Source: Podarcis tiliguerta
Taxonomy: Eukaryota
Reading direction: 5' to 3' (one strand)
Length of the DNA: 64,000 nt
Assembly: GCA_965153285.1 (NCBI GenBank)
Contig: OZ229117.1
Part shown: positions 50,291 to 62,850 of the stretch, piece by piece
Numbering within the stretch: the stretch's first letter is position 1
Layout of the letters: the number at the start of each line of letters is the position of its first letter
Notes under the pieces: generated by a model
Seen by the model: the letters and a program-made list of their open reading frames with translations, nothing else
What the model was told of the DNA's origin: nothing
The model's database searches: none
Program-made: the position numbers and the translations under genes

Positions 50291-51436
50291 TAGAATAGAA
50301 TAGAATAGAATAGAATAGAATAAAATAGAAATTTATTTGTCATTGTCCGTATATACACAGTATACACAACAACGAAAATCAAACACCCACCCAAAGACCG
50401 GCTTCACATACACATTCGCACGTACCTCCAACACTCTCATCCCATTCAGACATAATCTATAAAACATACATAATCCAGAATATAACATGACCTATTAAAA
50501 GCATAACATGACCTAAACCCTATCTCATTCCTTCCTACTCCCTACTTGCTATTTCTTACAACTGGCCCTGAGATCATTATTTAGTGCAATCAGAGCTCTT
50601 GGATAGAAACTATTCAGAAGGCGTGTGGTTCGTGTTTTCATTGTCCTATATCTTCTGCCCGAAGGCAACAGTTCAAAGAAGTTGTGAGCAGGATGGGTGG
50701 GATCTCTCAGGATATTATGTGACTTCTTCAAAGTGCGAGACGTGAAGATCTCATCCAGGGTTGGTAGCTGGAGCCCTATAACATTCTGGGCAATTTTTGT
50801 TATTCTCAGTAAAGCTTTTTTATCCGTTTCAGAGCTGCTTCCATACCACGATAATATACTATAGGTTAAGACACTCTCGATGGTACTGTGATAATAGGAC
50901 AGGAGTAGGTGCTGAGATAGATTCAGTCCCCTGAGCATTCTCAGGAAATACAACCTCCCCTGCACCTTCCTCACAACCATGTTAATATTTGCAGTCCATG
51001 AGAGGTCCTCAGAGATATAAATGCCCAGGTATTTAAAACTACCAACCCTCTCCACCTCCTCGCCATTTATGTGCAATGGTAAAAATACACTTTTCTTTCT
51101 CCTAAAATCAACTATGAGTTCTTTGGTTTTTTTGGTGTTAAGCATAAGATTGTTTTCTTTACACCATTGAATTAACCCCTGCACTTCTTTCCTGTAAGCA
51201 GTCTCATCGTTCTCACTAATGAGCCCCACCACTGTTGTATCATCCGCAAATTTGATGATTGTGTTGGACTTATACAGTGGGGTACAATCAGATGTGTACA
51301 GGGAATAGAGAAAGGGACTTAGCACACATCCCTGAGGAGCTCCTGTGCCTAATACTAGAGTAGAAGAATAGTAAGGTCCCATTCTCACTGTCTGCGGCCT
51401 GTCAGTCAGGAAATTCCTTACCCACAGACAGATCTT
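50291..51436 (-). mobile_element. Rex1/Babar-clade LINE, 5'-truncated, with an uninterrupted RT C-terminal ORF (50549-51388) and (TTCTA)n tail
   Basis: RT motifs GAPQGCVLSPFLYSLYT and IIKFADDTTVVGLI; Rex1-type C-terminus HP.H..F.LLPSGRRYR..T.T.R..NSFYP; frame continues upstream as ICLWVRNFLTDRPQTVR; tail at 50291-50330. Confidence 0.92.
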
Positions 51437-51702
51437 CTTAGCATTCTGAGCAGAGCCATGTGGCTAGAAATGAGCACACCCCAAAGCGCTCTCCACCTTC
51501 AGGACTTTGTGGGAAATTAGACCCAGCAACCCAAATGATGTTTAGGACATTGCCACTGCAGCCAGGTAAGTACTCCAGGGCCCAGAAGAAAACACCCTCA
51601 GACCTGGAACCAGTCCTGCATGGATTGAAGCATCATGGGCCTCAAGGCAAGCAACCTGTGAGTCAGACTTGGATTTCCTATTTCCTATGGCATTAGTTAA
51701 AA

Positions 51703-51867
51703 GGGACACGGGTAGCACTGTGGTCTAGACCACTGAGCCTCTTGGGCTTGCTGATCAGAAGGTTGGCAGTTCGAATCCCCACAACGGGGTGAGCTCCCAT
51801 TGCTCGGTCCCAGCTCCTGCCAATCTAGCAGTTTGGAAGCACATCAAAGTGCAAGTAGATAAATAGG
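51703..51867 (+). mobile_element. Sauria SINE, 5' half only
   Basis: gggacacgggtagcactgtgg..gttcgaatcccc..aaagtgcaagtagataaatagg. Confidence 0.9.
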
Positions 51868-52654
51868 CAAAAACAGTAGGCAGTTCAAGCCGATAGATTA
51901 ATCAACATGAATCAGGTAGTCTAGCAGAGCCAATCATAGATTTAGCTCCCACCCCTACATTCGCCACAATAATCAAGACTCACCCTTTTAAGGCATTGAA
52001 ATAACATGCAAGGGCTGAAACTAGCAAGGGGGTGGGACACATCTCACACACTTACCTCCAAAACCTGTGTGCATTTTGGACCCACATTTAGCTTGAAGGT
52101 CTACGGAGGGCTTTTTACTGTGCTCAGCTGAATGCAGTTAGACTCTCCCTCCAGACCTTTGTACTGAATGTGTGGAAGTCAGGAGAGGAGGGAGTGGGTC
52201 TGGCCTGCCTGTCGACCCATTTGTGCAAGGAATTACACATGTGCAGTGGAACTTCTTCTCCTCTCCTTGCGTGTCCCACGCCCCCAGAGGAGATTGCAGG
52301 TGCATTTAGGGGGAGGAGAAGATCCAGAACAGTGTGCAGAGGGGATGACTTTGTTGGATGCAACCTATTCTCTTGAACGCCTGAAGATGGCTTTTGTATA
52401 TTGATACTGTGAGTTCAACGAATCAATACTTTATTTATTTTGAACAGTGCTGAGTAGTGTTTAAAAATGCATTATGGTAATGCTTTCTCTTATCCTCACA
52501 TTAGCCCTTGCGTTGTGATGGTTATTACATGCATTTATCAAATGGGGAGCTTGAGGCTTTAGAGATAGTCAACCCACCGTTGAGCATGGATATTAAACTA
52601 TATCTCACCAGCCCAAGACTGTCTGGAAAACACCCTTTTAAGATTCGCTGCAGG

Positions 52655-53057
52655 TAAGGATGAAAGATACATTTTGTTTGGGTCACCTAACTAATTTCCA
52701 CTTCAAAAGTAAGTACACAAACAGAATTGCAGCTATCCTTCAAAATTTTGTGAGGCAGTTGTCCAATCCCAAAATGTGTACAAAACATACATATATTAAG
52801 GGAATATGTGCATAAAAATGTATATATTAGTGAAAGCAACTTACAAAATGCATACTATTGGAGGAAATTGCTTGCAAGGATGCGTATATTAGGCAAATAT
52901 GTGTGGATTAGGAAAAACAAACACTAAAATGCTAATATATTGTCACGAGAACTTTTTTTAAAAAAAATGCAAACTGATGCAGAAATATGCCAAACTGGGC
53001 AAAACTGGGCAAATAAGAAACTGAGGGAAACCAAAATTTACATATTTGTCCACCCTG
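52655..53057. mobile_element. AT-rich non-autonomous DNA element; related pieces at about 31290-31420, 48580-49235, 56900-57017, 58615-58700
   Basis: Recurrent gtgcataaaaatg-tatatt-ag subrepeats and terminal gaaaccaaaatt..tttgtccaccct(g/a) seen in several copies. Confidence 0.55.
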
Positions 53058-53289
53058 AACTGCAGGAAAGACAGGAGTTAAAGTCTCAAGGTAAAGCCTC
53101 AATGTTTAAAGGTACCCTCAAGGTACGAAGGGAGGGGGTGCATGAAAGTAAAACAATTTCACCCAACTTTGCCTTGATACCAATTAGGTTTGCTGTCCCA
53201 GTGAGCATGCTTTGCATGCTGAGTACAGGGGCACAATAAAAACATGATTCAGGTATGGATAGGGGAATCACATGTGAGGACCCTGGCCT

Positions 53290-53710
53290 TCCTGGACCTC
53301 GATATCCACCAGACTATCCAGGTGACGACAGCAATTTACCCATTACACACCCAACTACCTACGTTCCTAATGACTGAATTGCCAACTACTACGATCCTTC
53401 CAGAGAAGTATCCACAGCATGAGATTATAGTTGCATAGCATGGATCCCTTCTGAGGGAATGCTCTCTCTTTCCTCAAAGTAACGCTCATCCTCCCTGGTG
53501 GCAGGGGAGCTCTCATCAGGACAGTGGGACAGACTTACATTGTCCCTGAAGACCTCATTCACCAACCTCTCTGCTTCTCTTAGCTTTTCCAACTTGTTTC
53601 CAGAGAATCAGGAGCTCATTGCACCTCCCATGACTTCTGTGCAACAGTGAGACAGTTATACATGTGACAGACAGTGCACAACACTGGAAAGATGCCTCCC
53701 CTGCTTGCTC
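53290..53710 (-). pseudogene. Decayed CR1 ORF1 (zinc finger/leucine zipper and SGNH esterase start)
   Basis: Minus-strand translation with frameshifts: GGIFPVLCTVCHMYNCL..QKSW..RCNELL..LEKLREAERLVNEVFRD ... GRIVVVGNSVIRNVGSW (GDS-like esterase block I). Confidence 0.75.
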
Positions 53711-54099
53711 TCTACGTGCGTAATTGTTTTGTGGTTTAAATTACTTTATTGAACGGTTGGGTTTTCTTTAGATCAAGGAAAGTACTGTACTTTCTTTCCT
53801 TGGCCTCTCTGAAATAATGTCCTGATGGTACAAAATTGTGGATTCAGTGGAAGCAGGGTGGTCACTTATCAGGGATTTTGCAATAGTGGATTTCCTGCAT
53901 TGTTAGTAGGTTGGACTAAATGACCATTATTCTTATCGTGTTCCTCCCCATTTCATCATCTTTTCTCTAAACTAAAAACATCTGAGACTTTAGGCCTTTC
54001 TTTGCATGGGAAAAGATACTGCCCTCTTCCCACATGTGATTGTCTGGGATATACATATGAAATAAACATATAAAGCTGCATTGCAAACATTCATGTTGA

Positions 54100-55300
54100 T
54101 CATAATGAGGAAGAAGGGAAGGGGGTTTCTTGACTTTAAAAGTACCAGGGAAAAGATTCCTCAGCAGGCCAATCGATACCGCCCTGTGATCAACAGGAAA
54201 TGCTAAGAATAACTGTATATCATGTGCCACTTTGGATTTACAAGCAGGACATATAATCTCGTTGTAAGAAGAGAGTCGAGAGACTTCTCCTTCTCTACAG
54301 CAAAGCTCTCGTTTTCGACTAAAAGAAGCCAGGGTCGACGGCCTCTCAAATGAAACAGATAAGGTGACATAGGGTTCTTGTCAGAAACAAATGTTATGTC
54401 TCTCCATCCTGAAAAGCTTAAAGATGTTATCAGCAAAAGCTTTAGCTGCACCCAAAATGGGTCCCCAAGAAGTAATATTAACCAGGCTTTTGACAGATCA
54501 TTTATTTATCTCAAGCTAAATTCAATAAAGGGAGCCGTATATAAGTGAGGGAAAATAATGCAGCTGCTAGTAATTTATCACGGGATGGAAAGTCATTGTT
54601 ATCCTTATCTCTCCAATGATGTTCTATTTCCAACTGGTAATGAATTATGGGGGTTGCCACTTCTTTTCTATGTGACAGGTCAACACCACTTCTGAGTAGG
54701 ATACCGTACTTACTCAATCAATTGTCTGTTTGCCATAAATAACTGTATATTTATACATGCAAACATTTCAGGCCAGTGACCTGGTGCTGCGTGATTCTCA
54801 AGATTGCTTCAGGGCCGTTGGTCAGTTCCAAGAACATTTCCTTATCACTGCAAAGTAAAGATTTATTTCCATGTTTGAGAGATATTCCTCTCCCCGCTTT
54901 TGCTGACATTGGCCTCTGATCAAGCAAAGCACGCAAAAGCTTTGGGGTTTCTAATTATGAAGAACCCAGGTTATTTCAGAAGGCTCAGCCAAGAAAGAGA
55001 GCCCATTCTTCTCACGTCTTTGTTTCACCGATTAAAAAAGATTTCAGGAAAGTGACTTTTGTTTTTCACGGAGGCGTTTGCAAATTATTTTTTGTTCCCT
55101 GTTGTGTGTGCAGCGACACAGGAAAGGTACCAACAGCACCTGACTGGCTAGCCAGCTGCGGGAGGATAAAAACTTGAACAATCAACTAAATTCCATAGCG
55201 CTGTGTTCTACATATATCAGGAATTCCAAGTACATCTGCATTTCACACAGCTGATTATGGCTTTTGCTTCTGTTTGATATGTGAGCAGATTATTGCAGTG
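54100..55300. promoter_or_regulatory. Putative conserved non-coding block (contains a candidate exon)
   Basis: About 1.2 kb TE-free with many retained CpGs and homeobox/Hox-type sites (TAATTTAT, GCCATAAA, TAATTA). Confidence 0.45.
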
Positions 55301-55970
55301 GATTTTTTTTTTTTTAGTTGATTTTCTCAGAGTGTGACATGCTAGACTGGTTGGAGTGGGTAAGAAAAGCCAAAATGGTCAGATTTTAATCCAGGGATGT
55401 TAAGGACTATTCTTCTTTTGAGGCAACCAGTGGGTGGAGCAACCATGCTGATGGTGGGCAGGGCCAGAGAGAAAAGTGGGTGGAGCCACCTCTTTATGTT
55501 TTCACTCTCTCTTTCTGACATTCCCTTTCATTTCTCTCTCTCTCTCCCCCCCCCCCCTCCCAGCATTATTGCTGGGGAGACAATGACAGAGTGAGCTTGG
55601 TCCGTGACTCTTTTAAAATTGGGGAACAGAACTTGCAGCTTGGCAAATGAGTGAACCAGTCCCTTCCCTTGTGAAAGCCCTTCCTTAACATTCCACAGAA
55701 ACCAGTGCTAAGCCTGTTCTGAATCATTTAGTTTTTCTTAGATAAGCTCATGTGCTCTATTAAAATTCCACAAAGCTTTGCCTTTCAAACAAATACTTAA
55801 GTCTGGATGTTTTAAAATGTTTAAAATATGTTCTGTTTTATGTATTTGGATGTTTCCAGATCTTGTTAATGTTTTAAAATGTTTTGTTTCTAAATACGTT
55901 GTATTTTTAATTGTGGTGTTTTGATGTTTTAGTGTTTACTGTTCTGAGATCCACTGGGAGGAACGGCAGG

Positions 55971-56004
<34 letters not shown>
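55971..56004 (+). repeat. (TAA)n microsatellite at an L2-like tail
   Basis: Direct repeat visible after a T-rich 3' UTR-like stretch. Confidence 0.9.
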
Positions 56005-56006
<2 letters not shown>

Positions 56007-57063
56007 TAATACTTATAAACTTATTACCTGTCCTTCATCCCAAGGTCCTAGGGAGGATTATAACATTCAAAACAATATTAAAAATAATTTAGAACAACTG
56101 ACAACCATAAAAATAAGGTGGCTCCTAAATTTCTTTATAATGGATGTTTTTGGTGTTTTGATGGAATTGTTTAGATTTTATGTTTAAAAACCACTTAGAA
56201 CCATTTTTGGCGTGTGTTTTATATAAATGAATTAATTGAACAACAGCACACACACACACACACACACACACCAACATACTACCCTTGGAAAAGTCTGTTC
56301 AGGGACCCAATTTTAGGACGGAAATAGTAAGAGCAGCAGAACAGCAGTGAAGGAAAATATGTGATAATGAATCTGTTGAACATTGGCTAGTCCGAAGGGA
56401 CAGATCCATCCTAAAAGTTTCAGGGAGCTTCAGGAGCATTTTCCCAAAGCTTCCTCCCTTTAAATGGAAGGTGCTGGAAAAAGAAAAGTAGAAAAGCACA
56501 GTGCAGAGGACCGTGTCCCACACTGCGGTCCGGCTTGTGGAATAAAACTGTCAATGCCAATTCAAATGTTCCTTCATAAGGCAACTGCCAAGAACTCTAT
56601 GCTAAAGGGCTGTGGCGGCCAGAGACAAAAGTGGGTACAGCATTGGATGGGACTTTCATATTGTACCGTGGTCTTCATTTTGGGCACATCCATATCTCTC
56701 AACCCTCCGTTCAAGCAAACAAGACGCATGATCACAGCTCAAAGATACAGCCAGGCAAAAGCACCCAAGGAGGGCATGGAGGAGGGGGGTGTATGGCCTG
56801 GGGAGAGGAAGGTGGCATTGGAAGCATCCCAAGGGCCACAAAGAAAGAGAGAGGCGTTGGGGTCATATCTGACCCCTGGGCCTGAGGTTCTCCACTGTTG
56901 GCATATGAACATTGAGCATGAAATGTCATTAATTTCAGTAGGAACTCCAATTCAGAAGACTGGGAAAGTGGGGAAACTGAGAGAAACCCAAAATTGTGGC
57001 AGAATCACCCATCCCTATTTGTGGGCAAACTTCTGGGGGCCCGTACTGAAGGAGTGGGGTAGG

Positions 57064-57118
57064 AGAAGAGCTAAAAGTGAGCAGAGCCAGAAGAGCTAAA
57101 AGTGAGCAGAGCCAGAAG
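57064..57118 (+). repeat. Perfect 25-bp tandem duplication
   Basis: agaagagctaaaagtgagcagagcc x2 plus agaag. Confidence 0.95.
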
Positions 57119-57344
57119 CAAAAGTAGATCGACAGGAAGCTTATTGACAGGAAGCAGTAGTTTGCATTCAGACATGCAAACATAAGAAGTTCCTACAAGC
57201 TCATGACCACTGTGAGCCATCACAGATCAAGGGCATATTCTAGCCAGATAAAAGCAATCCAGGGGGGTATGCAACAAGAAGTGTGGACTGGGAAGATTCC
57301 TGGAGACCAGACAGAGAGACCTTGAAGGCTGCCGTCAGCTTGTA

Positions 57345-57701
57345 AAAGGTAAAGGTAAAGGGACCCCTGACCACTAGGTCCAATCGTGGCCGACTCTGGG
57401 GTTGCGGCGCTCATCTCACTTTATTGGCCGAGGGAGCCGGCGTACAGCTTCCGGGTCATGTCGCCAGCATGACTAAGCCGCTTCTGGCGAACCAGAGCAG
57501 CGCATGGAAACGCCGTTTACCTTCCCGCTGAAGTGGTACCTGTTTATCTACTTGCACTTTGACGTGCTTTCGAACTGCTAGGTTGGCAGGAGCAGGGACC
57601 AAGCAACGGGAGCTCACCCCGTCATGGGGATTTGAGCCGCCGACCTTCTGATCGGCAAGTTCTAGCCTCTGTGGTTTAGCCCACAGCGCCACCCGCATCC
57701 C
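57345..57701 (-). mobile_element. Sauria SINE (Squam1), full length
   Basis: Matches 10094-10440; TSD tcagcttgta at 57335-57344 and 57707-57716. Confidence 0.95.
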
Positions 57702-57959
57702 ATCCTTCAGCTTGTAGGCCAGAATAAAATAAGCAAATAAATTACCCGCTCCCCATCCCACTTTAGAATTACAGTTTTTGCAGCTGAAAACATGATTTGC
57801 AGAGACAGTGAGGTTTTGTGAATAACTTTTGCACTTTCCCTTTGGGACAACACAACCAGGTTGGAACCTGGTGCTGGGCATTCAGTAGCATAAAAACTCA
57901 CTCTGGTCTTTTGAACTGCATCAGGAAGGTTTGACTGAATGTTAAAAGATCGTATTCAC

Positions 57960-58235
57960 ATTGCCTTGCTGGATTTTATAAAAAAAATCTCTATTCGGTT
58001 TCCCCTGGTGACCAGCCAGATGCTTCTGTTGTGCTCACTAGGAGAGCTTGGTGGAGATAAGCATTCCCTGTTGTTTGTCTCCACCATCTGGTAATCATAG
58101 GTACACTGCCTCTGGACATGGGGGTTCTATTTAGCTATCATGGATATCAGATTGATCCTCCATGGGTCTTCATTTTTAAAGCCATCTTAGTAGTGGACAT
58201 CTCTCCATCTGGTGGCAGTGAATCCCAAAGCTAGA
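57960..58235 (-). mobile_element. Old CR1 3' fragment
   Basis: ggtgaccagccagatgcttctg..gtacactgcctctgga..tttaaagccatc..ggtggcagtgaatccc, the same subfamily as 10783-11175. Confidence 0.6.
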
Positions 58236-60169
58236 GGTTTATGACACTGGAGAATAAGCACTCCACTAGTGGATTTGCCCTCCTTTCTTCATGAAGAGCT
58301 GAAGTCAAAAACAGAGATGCGATTTTCCTCCTCTGCTCACTTGCAATCAGAAGCTATCCTGCCAGAAGCTGTTGAGATGTCAGTGGTGCCGCTGGGGAGA
58401 TTCCTACACACCACTGCAAGACAAACTTTGCATCTGTGGGGCTGCAGTCATTATAGTTTTGAATGTCAAGTTTATTCTGATATTAGAGAAAACTATATAG
58501 ACGGCTGACTAAAAAAGTGTGAAACACTGGAAAGTGATGGGAAAGTTAGGCATTCTGTGTGATGATCTGCATGCAACTTAGAAATTAGGGGGTGATCTGG
58601 ATGCAACTTAGAAATAAAGATGGGAGAAAAATTCTATTCAGTTCACATTTAAAGGTAAACCTAACCTAATTCACATTTTCTGGAACAATACCTGCTTGGA
58701 AGAGAGCCTCTTTGGTGGTAAAGGTATTTTGAATCTATTTTGAATCATTGTGCTAGACTTTCAAGGAATTGTGGTGGAATTTCAAGGAAACACATTCATT
58801 TTGGCACATACCTCCCCTGTTTAATTTTATTTCATTGTTAAGTCACTAATAGTTTTAGAAATAACAAACTCAAAAATGTCGTATTAGATATACTTTTTAT
58901 GTACAGTGTATGTATTTTATTTCCATCCTCCTTTGATATGGTATGTGAATGAATTCAATAAAATTCTATTCTATGCATTTGATATAAATATAGATGTAGA
59001 ATGTGTGTGTATTTGATCCTGGAAAATCCTCCCCAAATCCCACCCTGTTTTCTTCCTCATTGTGTTTCACGGAGGGGTGCTGTGTGAGTTGCAATCCAAG
59101 ACATCATCTGCTCAGCAACATGGCACTGACAGAAAGAGACTCTGGCATTTTCTTTCACTCTAACCAGCCAATGCATTACAACAGCTCCTCCCTTAGGCTT
59201 ATCAAAACAGCTGCCAATATTAAATGCCAATTAAGCTTTCACTCTTAAACACCTGCCTCTCAGTGCTTCTCCTTTATCCAAGTTCCCCTATTCAGTTTCC
59301 TAGCAGAGGGCTCTTCTGCACTGGTTCCCCAGATGTTGCTGGTCTATACCCGCCATTATCCCTTAGGCTAAACTGGTTGGTGAAGGGGGAAATTGTAGTC
59401 CAGCGACATTTGAGGACCCAGGGGTGAAGAACACCGATAAAAGTTTTTTCTTTCATTTTCAAAAGTACAAAACTGCTCATAGAGGTGGCATGCCCCTCCA
59501 AGAGAACTGAATTGTACCCACAAACTGGAATAAAATGGCAGTGTATGTGAGGGGTGAACTGGGGCCACAAGTTTAAACTTTTAAAGCTTAAGATGTGCAG
59601 CAAGAACTTGAATTTCTCTGTGGGCAACACCAGGCCTTGCTGCCTCCTCAACAGTATATTCCTTACCGGCAAGGCATAAGTCCCACTTCTGGCTGGCTAG
59701 CTGGTTATCCATTGTTTGAGGGAGGCTGTTCTGACTCACTATCCACCCCCCAAGCCCTGGGACTCGGTGTCTTCCACGCAGGCCCCTAGGGGGATCCACC
59801 CCATGTCCTAAGGTCTCACAGCCCTACAGGACAAGTCTAGGGAAACCCCTTTTCCAAGCTACCTCAGATCACCCCGCAAAGCAAGGAGCAGCTACAGGAG
59901 GTTGGTGATGCTGTCTAGTATCACCTTCAGTATGCTCAGCTGGAGCCTTTGCCCTGGCCTTGCTGCTGGTCCTAACCTACAGGAGAGGTCTTCTCCACCA
60001 CCTAGTTGTCCAGGCTGTCTTTTATGCAGCTTCATACCACCCCTGCCCTGCCACCATCTTAAGCTCAGCCTAGGCTCCCCTGGGTCCTAGCTTCCTCTTT
60101 CTTCCTTTGCAGCGCCCCTCCCCCACCCCAAAGCATCTGGCTGCAGACTTTTCAGAATTGCCTGTAAGT

Positions 60170-60800
60170 TCATGCATGGTTATGTCACTCCATCAAAGGC
60201 TGAGCGATGGGAGCTATTAAGGACTTTCCTGCGTGAGTATGAACAGCTAATGAATATAACTGCTTTTATTCTTCCGATCCAACCCAGAGCTCTGAACAAA
60301 TGGACAAATATTAACTTTGGCTCCACTTGATAAAGGTTTTAGTCCCCTTCCCCCACCCACCCCCCGCTCCATCTCTTCAGCAGCTTTCCCTTTATGGACT
60401 TTGGTAAGACAGCCTGAGATAAAAAGCAATTAAAGGTGGCTGATTAATGCAACGTTTGCCAATTATTAGTTAATATTCTCAATTACTTTCACTGTAACCT
60501 TTTCTGTACAAACTAGGTCCATGGGGATTGATTTTCAGTACAGGCCTTTTACTTCAGCCTAGCACACTTAAGAAAAAGAAATGTTCACATTCTGTGCACC
60601 ATCTTCAGTATGAACGCACAGGTGTTCTCCCTCCAGAAGGTTCCGTTTGGAAGCCTTAGCTGATACAGAGTGCAGTTATCTGTCCTGTCAGCAGGCTTCC
60701 CCCCAGGCTTGATCCAAAGTGAGATTGGCAATTGTGAGTAAATGTGGAGAATAAATGTATTTATTATAACATTTCTATCGGGTCACCACCTTAGGCTTGT
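60170..60800. promoter_or_regulatory. Putative conserved non-coding element
   Basis: TCF CATCAAAGG 60191, TTTATGG 60391, TGATTAAT 60441, clustered TAAT/ATTA; no TE signature. Confidence 0.4.
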
Positions 60801-61999
60801 CAGCACATTTGAATTTTGGAGTGACTACAGCGAGAGCCACCCCTTCTGCACTCCCCCTTCCCAGATCAGTCCTCCCCCCACAAAGACACACATGACAGGA
60901 AGAAAGGATTCACACACACTTTTCTCCAAGAGAGCAGAGCAAAAAACCAAAGCAATAGAATTAGCCTAAGCACACTGAAAAGCACATAAAGCTGGAAGAT
61001 GAACTGAGGAAAGAGTGTCATTTTTACAACTTCCTCCTTCAACTCTATGTACTTCTTAAGTGAGAGAAAGGCAACCACCCTCAACACCTTATGGCTAATG
61101 GGGTTCATGGAAGGGCTGAGTCTTCCTGGGTGCTAGGAGAGGACCTTGGGGTGCCATTGTGTCCACTGGTGCCACACCGGGGATCTCTTGTTATATAATT
61201 CATGCTCTCAACACTGAGACTGAATACTCTGCCTTACATCAGTAACAGAAGAGTTCTTCAGAATTTCTGCCTCTTGGCGACCCCTATTTTATTTGCCCCA
61301 GAAGTTGTATCATTCCAGGGCAACACAAGCAGGTATGACAGCTCCAACTCCCTAAACACTGTGGGAAAATAAAATGGTGCCCCCCCCCCGCCCTGCAAGA
61401 GCACAGCCACTGAGAAAGTGGCTGTTGCCAGTGCCTCAGGCCAGCATCAAAACAGCAGTCAAAGCAGACTCAAAACACACAACAAAAACAGCCCTGGCAA
61501 AAAAGTAACAAATGTGTTTGCAATCAATGAATAACAGAATAAATATTATTTGCACAATGTCCCTGAAGTGACAGAGCTACAATCCCAGGGTGGTGTAACA
61601 ATCAGTCCTTCTCTTGGAATTCTGAGGACCATACTTCTATGGGGAGAATAAGGGTCTCCTAAAAACTCTCAGCACCCTTACCAGACTATAGTTTCCAGGA
61701 AGCTTGACTGTTAAAGTGGTATAAGAGTGCTTTGAATGTATGGTGCAGGTGTGGCCTAAGTGAGGTGAAATTTCTTGGCAGAATTTCCTGAGAGAACCTG
61801 CTAGAGAAGCTTAGTTTTGCCAGAATCAGGTCACTTCGCCCTAGTGCCTGGCAGAGCCACCTGAACTACATGTGTGGACATAAACAATTCATTAGCCAAG
61901 AGGCCCTTTGCTCCTGACAATTTTCCAAGCCTATCCCCACCACTGAACAAGTTGCCATCTTATGTAAAGTGCCAAGCAAGGAATCGTGGACGTAATATT

Positions 62000-62685
62000 T
62001 GCTAGCCATCTAGCCTGTTATGAGTGAAATCTTGGAGCACAACTGAGTGAGATGCTGACTCGGCAAACTGCGAAGTATAAATTAGCAACTGGATGGGCAA
62101 TGCTCATAAAAAGAGAATTGAAACTCTGGAATGGATTCATGGCTGCTTGGCTTCCAATGATTACATTTAGCCAAGACAAAGGAGGAGATGTGAGATCTCA
62201 AAATAGCAAAATCCTTTTAGGGAAACCACTTTCTCCCAGCAGACAGACAATTTAGGAAATGAACAAAGACTGGCAGTGAGCATGGGATCTACCGCAACAG
62301 GATTGATGTCTGCCTCTTCCCTTGGCATGTGGGTTGTGAGGCTGCGTTGCCAAATGAAGGCCTTTAGTCCCCAATAAGCCCAGAGGCTAAGCAACGAAGA
62401 CTGGTTAAGAAGTGTGGGCCAAAACAGTTACTAACAACAATTAATTACCTGTCCTTGCTTGTTACAGGCAGTGATCAAAGTGATGCACCTTCTTTGGCCC
62501 CTGGAGAATATTGCAACTTGTAAATATTGCGCAAGGTCACCTGGAAACAAGTTGCAAATGTAGCTCCCGACTTGGCAAACACTTGTTAACAGCATTGCAG
62601 ATAGCTGCCCTTATTAAATATGTTTCCCTTTCCATTTGCAAATCAAAGGGCATGCTTATTAATTTCTCATAATTATGTCCCACCC
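62000..62685. promoter_or_regulatory. Putative conserved non-coding element
   Basis: Near-perfect Maf element TGCTGACTCGGCA 62053-62065, TCF sites ATCAAAG 62474 and 62642, TTAATTA. Confidence 0.4.
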
Positions 62686-62689
62686 ATCA

Positions 62690-62850
62690 ATGGAGCTTGG
62701 CGTGCTGTACATTGGGTTTTCCCCACCCCCATTTTTCTTAACCTTAGAACCAGCCTGGAAGTAGGTTAAGCCGAGAGACAGAAGCTTACTCAAGGACACC
62801 CAATGGGTAGTTGAGCAGCCATTTGAACTCAGGTTACAACATTCTTCTGA
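62690..62850 (-). mobile_element. Old Squam3A/MIR-like CORE SINE
   Basis: aaccagcctggaagtaggttaagccgagagac..caaggacacccaatg..atttgaactcagg. Confidence 0.55.

Noticed and set aside
56464-57099. 211-aa ORF, the longest without recognisable TE-protein homology
   Set aside because: No recognisable domain, atypical composition, and its 3' half runs through MITE-like remnants and a tandem duplication; likely a chance ORF.
59600-60150. GC-richer stretch that might be a solo LTR
   Set aside because: No termini, TSD or second copy could be defined.
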